35,914 bases of DNA, taken from Octopus bimaculoides (lineage: Eukaryota). The notes below the pieces were generated by a model, which had not been told where the DNA came from, ran no database searches, and was given only the letters and a program-made list of their open reading frames with translations. Position numbers and translations under genes: made by a program. Below, in pieces: positions 32,741 through 35,914 of this stretch; the first letter of the stretch is position 1; each line of letters begins with the position of its first letter. The stretch is taken from the NCBI RefSeq assembly GCF_001194135.2, contig NC_068984.1, positions 18,697,258 to 18,733,171 on the forward strand. Direction: 5' to 3'.

Positions 32741-35279
32741 ATATATATATATAACGTGAGAGAGTTAGGGGTTGGGGGTTCAACCCACTAAGGGATAGTA
32801 TCTATCCAGTATACTGCTGGGAGGGTACCCAATTATTGCTACACTAGTGCTATACTAGGTGCAATCAATGGGAGCGGGTAAAAGTGGAGGTTTTACCCAA
32901 AATTTGTGTAACAATTAAAAAATGGAGGATAATATGCTGAACCCAACTACTTGCAGACGGTGTATCCCGTTGAATTCATTAATTTAATTCATAGCAAAAG
33001 TGACAAAAAAAGGAAGAAAAGAAAAAGAAAGAAAAATTGATACATTTGTTAAAACTTGTCTCTCCTGTGCTTTCTTTTTGTGCTCCTTGTCTAATACATA
33101 CACACATCTAATATATCATTTTCCAAAGCTTGCATGGGACAGATGGAATTTGTTGAGGCAGATTTTCTATGGCCAGAAGCTCCCCTTATTGCTCACTCTC
33201 ATCTGTTTCCAGGTAAGGTAATATTTCCCTATGACTAGACATTTAAGATAGGAAATGAACAACATCACTTCTATGATGTGATGCTCATTTACAACTATCA
33301 CATGATGTCAAGACACACACAATTTGCTTCTTTCAGTTTGCATCAACCAAATCCAGTGACAAGGCTTTGGTTAGCCTGAGGCTATAGTAGAAGTCCAAGG
33401 TGTTATGCAATGAGACTGAACCCAAAACCACATGATTGGGGAGCAAACTTCTTAACCACACAGCCATAGCAGCATCTTATATCTTATATATCTTTTACAG
33501 TGAAACATTTAATTTTCAAGGTAAACTATTATACAATTATAGTAATTCTTAAGAGATGTAATTTAGCTATCTGAAAAATCTCAATATTAACACATTAAAA
33601 TGAAAGGATTGTATTTTGCTATGTGAGAAGTGATAAAAAGTTATCAGAAATTTAATAATAAAGACACATTTATGTGTAGATTAATCAGAACAAGTATTTC
33701 TAATTGTTGTGCATCTGGGTAAATTTCTAATAAACTATTTTAAGTCTTTATAGTTATTCTTAAAAAGAAGAAACACAGAAATAAGTTAAATGCTGCTTAC
33801 CTCCAGGATCATCAACGTGCATAAATATTAAACCTTCAGACATATCCAGAATGGAGAAAAACTGAAAAGATACAGAAAATAAAATAGTTTTTAACAAGAA
33901 CCTTTTCTTAGCTAAGATAAAGATCACCAATTTAAAACAATTTAAACAATATCTAGTTGATTTATCAAATCCAGAGAAAAGACAAGCCAAATCATCTCTC
34001 GTGAGATTTGGAGTCAAAACTTAATACCGAGAGTCATGCATTAAGTGCTCTCCTATTCTTGCTTCACTGTCGATTTTGGTTTAAGTAAAAATAATACTGG
34101 TTTACTTCTGCACAGGCATGAAGCCTGAGATGTTTTTACTGAGAGACCATTTGAGCGTGATCGTTACCAGCGTTGCCTTACTGGCACTTGTGCCGGTGGT
34201 ATGTGAACAAAACATTCGAGCGAGGTCATTGCTAGTGCTGCTGGACTGACTCCTGCGCAGGTGGCACGTAAAAACACCATTTGAGCGTGGCTGTTGCCAG
34301 TACCGCCAGACTGACCCTCGAGCCGGTGGCATGTAAAAGCACACACTACAATCTCGGAGTGGTTGGCGTTAGGAAGGGCATCCAGATGTAGAAACTCTGC
34401 CAGATCAGATTGGAGCGTGGTGCAGCCATCTGGTTTGCTAGTCCTCAGTCAAATCGTCCAACCCATGCTAGCATGGAAAGCGGACGTTAAACGATGATGA
34501 TGAATAAAGTGGGGAATTGTGGCACACTTGCATTTAAGAGGTCTCTTCAACCAAGCAGAGCCTTTATTTGAAGTAATTCTTATCCTTACTGGACAAACAA
34601 TTTTCAAGTGTTACATTCTTAACATCATCATCATCATTTAATGTCTGTTGTCCACGCTGGCATGGGTTGGACGGTTTGACCAAGGCTGATAAGCTGAGGG
34701 CCTGCTCCAGACTTCAGCCTGATTTGGCATGGTTTCTATGGTTTTATGCCCTTCCTAATAACAAGCACTCCAAGAGTGTAATGAGTGCTTTTACGTGCCA
34801 TCAGCACAAGTGCCAGTTGCATGACACCAGTATCTGCCATGACTACGATTTCACTTGGCTTGATGGGTCTTCAAGCGTGGCATATTGCCAAAGGTCTCAG
34901 GCATTTGTCATTGCCTCCATGACATCATCTGAAAATTATTTTATTTTACACTGAACATAACTTGTGTTTAGATGAAACTAATAGAAGACTTTTGCCCAAG
35001 TGGGACTGAACATGGTTAGGAAGAAAGTTTCTTAACCATGCAGCCAGCCTTGCATTTATAAAGGGTATGCCTCATAAGGTATAAAACAAAGTTTGTTTTA
35101 ATTCCAGAATATTAAAAAGACATTGCAGGCAAGAAGTGTAAACCGTTATACCAAGGGAGATATTAAGATATTAATTATGGTAAAAATAAACTTACTCGGT
35201 CATGCGTGATGGTTTCAAGTTGGGCTTCATTCCAAGTAATGCCGCCATCAGATGAAATTTGCATTCTTCTCTCTTTGCC
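15163..35279 (-). CDS. SORT1: Sortilin (VPS10-domain sorting receptor), 3' part; 13 coding exons in window, 5' end outside window
   Basis: Manually spliced exons give one open 506-aa frame with all intron phases matching. It contains VPS10 Asp-box motifs (SSDGGITW, TFDRGGIW, SSDGGYKW, STDEGHCW), IYSKSLERH, YRKIPGDKC, the 10CC cysteines, one TM helix, and YSLL and DXXLL tail motifs. No LDLR/FN3 or PKD domains lie between 10CC and TM, so it is sortilin rather than SorLA or SorCS. Confidence 0.95.
15640..15775 (-). mobile_element. Family C SINE, 3' fragment
   Basis: ctggtacttatttcattgacctcaacaggataaaaggcaaa. Confidence 0.6.
15785..16214 (+). mobile_element. Family B SINE with tandem ~65-bp head units and (ATG)n tail
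   Basis: Three gcaccatt[ct]gagc...gtggcacgtaaaa-type units, then core gtggttggcgttaggaagggcatccagctgtagaaa. Confidence 0.85.
16550..16780 (+). mobile_element. Family B SINE
   Basis: gtggttggcattagtaagggtatccagctgtagaaa ... ccaatgccagcatggaaaatgg (ATG)n. Confidence 0.75.
16949..17063 (-). CDS. SORT1: Sortilin exon 12 in window (115 nt, phase 2/0), cytoplasmic tail
   Basis: ttttcag|C...GAG|gtaag; HKVVYRYSLLNQPEDEIESQVESALSSQKLTFGDYSDDE; YxxPhi motif YSLL. Confidence 0.92.
17255..17805 (+). mobile_element. Family B SINE interrupted in its tail by a family C SINE
   Basis: Core at ~17425-17465; tail split by the insert at 17562-17772. Confidence 0.8.
17562..17772 (+). mobile_element. Full-length family C SINE with 15-bp TSD
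   Basis: TSD AATGGA[C/T]GTCAAATA at 17547-17561 and 17773-17787. Confidence 0.88.
18071..18391 (-). mobile_element. tRNA-derived SINE (family D) nested in a minus-strand family A SINE, 10-bp TSD
   Basis: Head gtggcttagtggctagg...cagttcaattcc; TSD AAGGTGCTGC at 18061-18070 and 18392-18401; host element at ~17995-18465. Confidence 0.8.
18500..18715 (-). mobile_element. Family C SINE, degenerate
   Basis: ggtacttagtttattgaccccagaaagatgaaaggcaaag. Confidence 0.65.
18881..19005 (-). CDS. SORT1: Sortilin exon 11 in window (125 nt, phase 0/2), transmembrane helix
   Basis: atttcag|ATC...CA|gtaag; IYLPLSESAANYVVAAIVVVILVLVLAMSIFFIHKLCLLRR; hydrophobic span followed by a juxtamembrane Cys. Confidence 0.92.
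19063..19272. repeat. Imperfect inverted repeat (arms ~90 bp, ~26-nt loop)
   Basis: 19063-19153 is reverse-complementary to 19180-19272. Confidence 0.85.
19856..19964 (-). CDS. SORT1: Sortilin exon 10 in window (109 nt, phase 2/0), end of 10CC
   Basis: cttgcag|A...CTT|gtaagt; GYRKIPGDKCSCENSKCFKPNTKKIDLGVVCHSRIQL. Confidence 0.93.
20020..20392 (-). mobile_element. Family A SINE, near full length
   Basis: tttacttgtttcagtcagtagactgcagccatgctgg ... gtgggactgaacccagacc. Confidence 0.8.
20417..20650. mobile_element. piggyBac-like MITE remnant (second family) with an internal 13-bp tandem triplication
   Basis: TTAA at 20417-20; homologous to fragments at ~29700-29820 and ~31345-31406 (ctgaatgctaaagggctaa end); (GCAGGGCAGGTGT)x3 at 20542-20580. 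Confidence 0.55.
20656..20766 (-). CDS. SORT1: Sortilin exon 9 in window (111 nt, phase 2/2)
   Basis: attctag|T...GG|gtaag; CDYGYEADMNQNCKRGVPVGRDIDICIRGHEEKIVSE. Confidence 0.92.
21060..21530 (+). mobile_element. Family B SINE with duplicated internal segments
   Basis: Two core-like segments; tail ccacccatgccagtatggaaggcggacgttaaacgatgatgatgat. Confidence 0.75.
21550..21835 (+). mobile_element. tRNA-derived SINE (family E)
   Basis: A-box-like ggcctagtggttaggg, B-box-like ggtttcaattcc, then tgtgttcttgggcaaaatacttcac. Confidence 0.7.
22017..22091 (-). CDS. SORT1: Sortilin exon 8 in window (75 nt, phase 2/2)
   Basis: cttgtag|G...TG|gttagt; WCYNGQNHINKNETKVCPCTRSDYQ. Confidence 0.92.
22974..23094 (-). 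CDS. SORT1: Sortilin exon 7 in window (121 nt, phase 1/2), start of 10CC
   Basis: cattaag|GT...TG|gtaaaa; CQESDYKLWLAHSSRWKNTEENTGCLLGLKTSFYRLRPES. Confidence 0.92.
23242..23400 (+). mobile_element. Family A SINE 5' half
   Basis: gaccaaagccttgtgagtggatttggtagagagaaactgaaagaagcc. Confidence 0.8.
23442..23499. other. Assembly gap (58 N) within (TA)n
   Basis: Direct reading. Confidence 0.98.
23519..23642 (-). mobile_element. Family B SINE 3' half (young)
   Basis: catcatcatcgtttaacgtccgctttccatgctagcatgggttggacgatttgactgagg. Confidence 0.85.
24070..24485 (-). mobile_element. Family B' SINE followed by a family A SINE head
   Basis: tccacttttccatgctagcatgggtcagacaaaatttgttgaggcag; ccaaatccactcacaaggcttt. 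Confidence 0.7.
25326..25599 (-). CDS. SORT1: Sortilin exon 6 in window (274 nt, phase 0/1)
   Basis: atttcag|GCT...AAAT|gtgag; ALDKAHHYQIADSGGLLVAV...FSTDEGHCW...FTGLLTEPGSQSMSVSIWG...IDFRNVIHQK. Confidence 0.95.
25760..25952 (+). mobile_element. Family B' SINE
   Basis: cttgcttggaaacaggtgaatgctggcaacaagaagggcat ... gacccatgcaagcacggaaaag (ATG)n. Confidence 0.7.
25985..26158 (+). mobile_element. Family B SINE 3' half (young)
   Basis: Core plus ccaacccatgctagcatggaaagcggacgttaaacgatgatgatgatg. Confidence 0.88.
26306..26382 (-). CDS. SORT1: Sortilin exon 5 in window (77 nt, phase 1/0)
   Basis: tttccag|GT...AAA|gtaag; GHVANTLQTTEPDVFVSSDGGYKWHK. Confidence 0.93.
26722..26900 (-). mobile_element. 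Family B SINE, degenerate
   Basis: ttttccatgctggtatgggttggacagtttgac ... gctggatgcctttcctaacaccaa. Confidence 0.7.
27370..27950 (-). mobile_element. Long family B SINE with several repeated head units
   Basis: Tail at 27370-27420, core at ~27485-27520, repeated ggcattggtcatgactacaatttcacttgg units. Confidence 0.75.
27955..28142 (-). mobile_element. piggyBac-like MITE, partial
   Basis: Ends gtaacaaaaggg|TTAA (28143-46); aligns with the reverse complement of 12342-12520. Confidence 0.6.
28207..28312 (-). CDS. SORT1: Sortilin exon 4 in window (106 nt, phase 0/1)
   Basis: cttacag|AAA...CACG|gtaagt; KSCHLHVHNVFSKKQHVNVEVPLSTPSAVGLILVH. Confidence 0.93.
28600..28880 (+). mobile_element. RTE-clade LINE 3' fragment (disrupted ORF C-terminus)
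   Basis: Translates with a frameshift and a stop to ADHILQLPEQ / KEVFKWTAPEGKKRSRLKTAWHRTFTTDLRRANITWLDEEKTAVNRN*WYQL, resembling the GKRxRGRPKxxW...DRxxW C-terminus of RTE ORFs. Confidence 0.65.
29123..29490 (+). mobile_element. Family B SINE with three ~65-bp head units (young)
   Basis: Collinear and highly similar to 34146-34504. Confidence 0.88.
29830..30005 (-). mobile_element. Family C SINE
   Basis: atcgacccccagtgtttcactggtacttaatttattgac ... gtttgaactcagaa. Confidence 0.75.
30140..30545 (-). mobile_element. Family A SINE, full length (young)
   Basis: Reverse complement collinear with 1906-2340. Confidence 0.88.
30669..30916 (-). CDS. SORT1: Sortilin exon 3 in window (248 nt, phase 1/0)
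   Basis: catgcag|AT...ACG|gtaag; DTGHGTLYTSGQDGIIYSKSLERHF...TFDRGGIWQEIEPPEGVPCADKT. Confidence 0.95.
31832..31979 (+). mobile_element. pogo-like MITE left part, interrupted by a Tc1 element
   Basis: catatttacttgtgtgtaagtc (TIR-like) and two ggg[gt]g[ct]aacttata subterminal motifs. Confidence 0.45.
31982..32398 (+). mobile_element. Tc1-like transposon, left TIR and 5' part, 3'-truncated
   Basis: TA|CAGGGGTTGGACAAAATAATGGAAA terminus followed by a transposase start. Confidence 0.85.
32153..32398 (+). pseudogene. Tc1-family transposase N-terminal HTH relic with a 1-nt frameshift
   Basis: MTDLLDFQRGQIVGAHMAGARVMKTAEMFGVSRSTVLKVMTAFEKE, then in the shifted frame KTSLSKQNSGSKPKLSDKDCRTLMRIVKKDRKST; no DDE domain. 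Confidence 0.85.
32553..32598 (+). ncRNA. Degenerate minimal type I hammerhead motif (HHR3) in a Penelope-like relic
   Basis: TCGATGA (core CTGATGA altered) 32559-65; helix II GGCT/GGCC; GAAA 32580-83; helix III CTT-CA-AAG; GUC 32591-93; helix I ATAAGT/ACTAT with one bulge. Confidence 0.6.
33120..33470 (-). mobile_element. Family B' SINE plus family A SINE head
   Basis: gcttgcatgggacagatggaatttgttgaggcagattttcta; gactgaacccaaaaccacatgattggggagcaaacttcttaaccacacagcc. Confidence 0.7.
33801..33861 (-). CDS. SORT1: Sortilin exon 2 in window (61 nt, phase 0/1)
   Basis: ttttcag|TTT...GGAG|gtaag; FFSILDMSEGLIFMHVDDPG. Confidence 0.93.
34146..34504 (+). mobile_element. Family B SINE with three head units (young)
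   Basis: Core and intact (ATG)n tail. Confidence 0.88.
34624..34925 (-). mobile_element. Family B SINE, inverted relative to 34146-34504
   Basis: catcatcatcatttaatgtctgttgtccacgctggcatgggttggacgg. Confidence 0.8.
35196..35279 (-). CDS. SORT1: Sortilin exon 1 in window (84 nt, phase 0/0)
   Basis: ctgaag|GGC...CGA|gtaag; GKERRMQISSDGGITWNEAQLETITHDR, Asp-box. Confidence 0.9.
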
Positions 35280-35589
35280 CTTCAGAATGAAAATAAAGAT
35301 ACAATTTCAGTAAGAGAGGTGATCAAGAGGAAAATATTTACCACAATGTTTCACAAGCAACAGATATTCAATAGTAATTAACAAATTTCTCAAAAATCCT
35401 GCTTTACTAAGAGTTATTTTTTTTTTTATCTTTAACTTTTTCACTTGTTTTAGTCATTGGATTGTGGTCATGTTACTTGTCCTGTTTTCCACTTATTTCT
35501 TTCATTTGCTTTCGTATTTCATGTTGTTTACTGTTGGTGACATCCTGTACCCATATATGCATGTGTATGTATGTGCGTGTATATACATA

Positions 35590-35914
35590 TCTATATATAT
35601 AAAAATGAGAATGTGTGTCTGTCTGTCTGTCTGTCTGTGTGAATCCCTAAAACTCGAGAACTACGCAACCAATTTCATTCAAATTTTACACATGCCTTAC
35701 TTAGGGTTCCAGTTGTGTTTTAGTCAAAAAAATTTTTAACTTCTTGCAGAGTTCGAGCCCACGGCAACATAATATCTCCTCCACTATTTAAGTATTACGT
35801 GTCAAAAGTGAAACAAAAACACTCATATCAAATACTTTCACTTTAAAAATGAAACTATTCCACTAACTGAAACAATCACATTTTGATACTGTAATGACAG
35901 ATACTTTCAGAGAG
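35590..35914 (+). mobile_element. Helitron-like non-autonomous element, 5' end (runs off window)
   Basis: A|TCTATATATATAAAA start, (GTCT)n, then aactcgagaactacgcaaccaatttcattcaaattttacac, a pattern typical of invertebrate Helitron-derived repeats. Confidence 0.55.

Overview
AT-rich eukaryotic genomic DNA, very probably Octopus (inferred from the SINE families; not verifiable here), from a scaffolded assembly with two N gaps. The minus strand carries the last 13 coding exons of a sortilin (SORT1-type VPS10-domain receptor) gene. All introns are GT-AG and phase-consistent: join(35279-35196, 33861-33801, 30916-30669, 28312-28207, 26382-26306, 25599-25326, 23094-22974, 22091-22017, 20766-20656, 19964-19856, 19005-18881, 17063-16949, 15177-15163) = 1521 nt, 506 aa plus stop. 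This covers the C-terminal VPS10 beta-propeller, the 10CC module, the TM helix and a tail with YSLL and DEELL sorting motifs. The gene 5' end lies beyond the right edge. Introns and the downstream region are dense in tRNA-derived SINEs (several nested, with TSDs), piggyBac-like and pogo-like MITEs, a Tc1 transposase relic, an RTE LINE tail, a Helitron-like end and microsatellites. The main unexpected signals are: (1) three minimal type I hammerhead-ribozyme motifs with palindromic helix III. Two of them are tandem, distantly homologous, (TA)n-anchored units at 340-676 whose helix II loop carries a poly(A) hexamer 20-23 nt upstream of the self-cleavage site, with a cis-antisense inverted copy and interlocking hairpins just upstream. 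(2) A highly degenerate ~27-bp tandem array at ~1230-4830. (3) A ~400-bp palindrome with CpG-decay signatures. (4) Candidate routes to a TM-less soluble sortilin in the intron before the TM exon, next to a 210-nt hairpin. Almost all ORFs in the supplied track are spurious.
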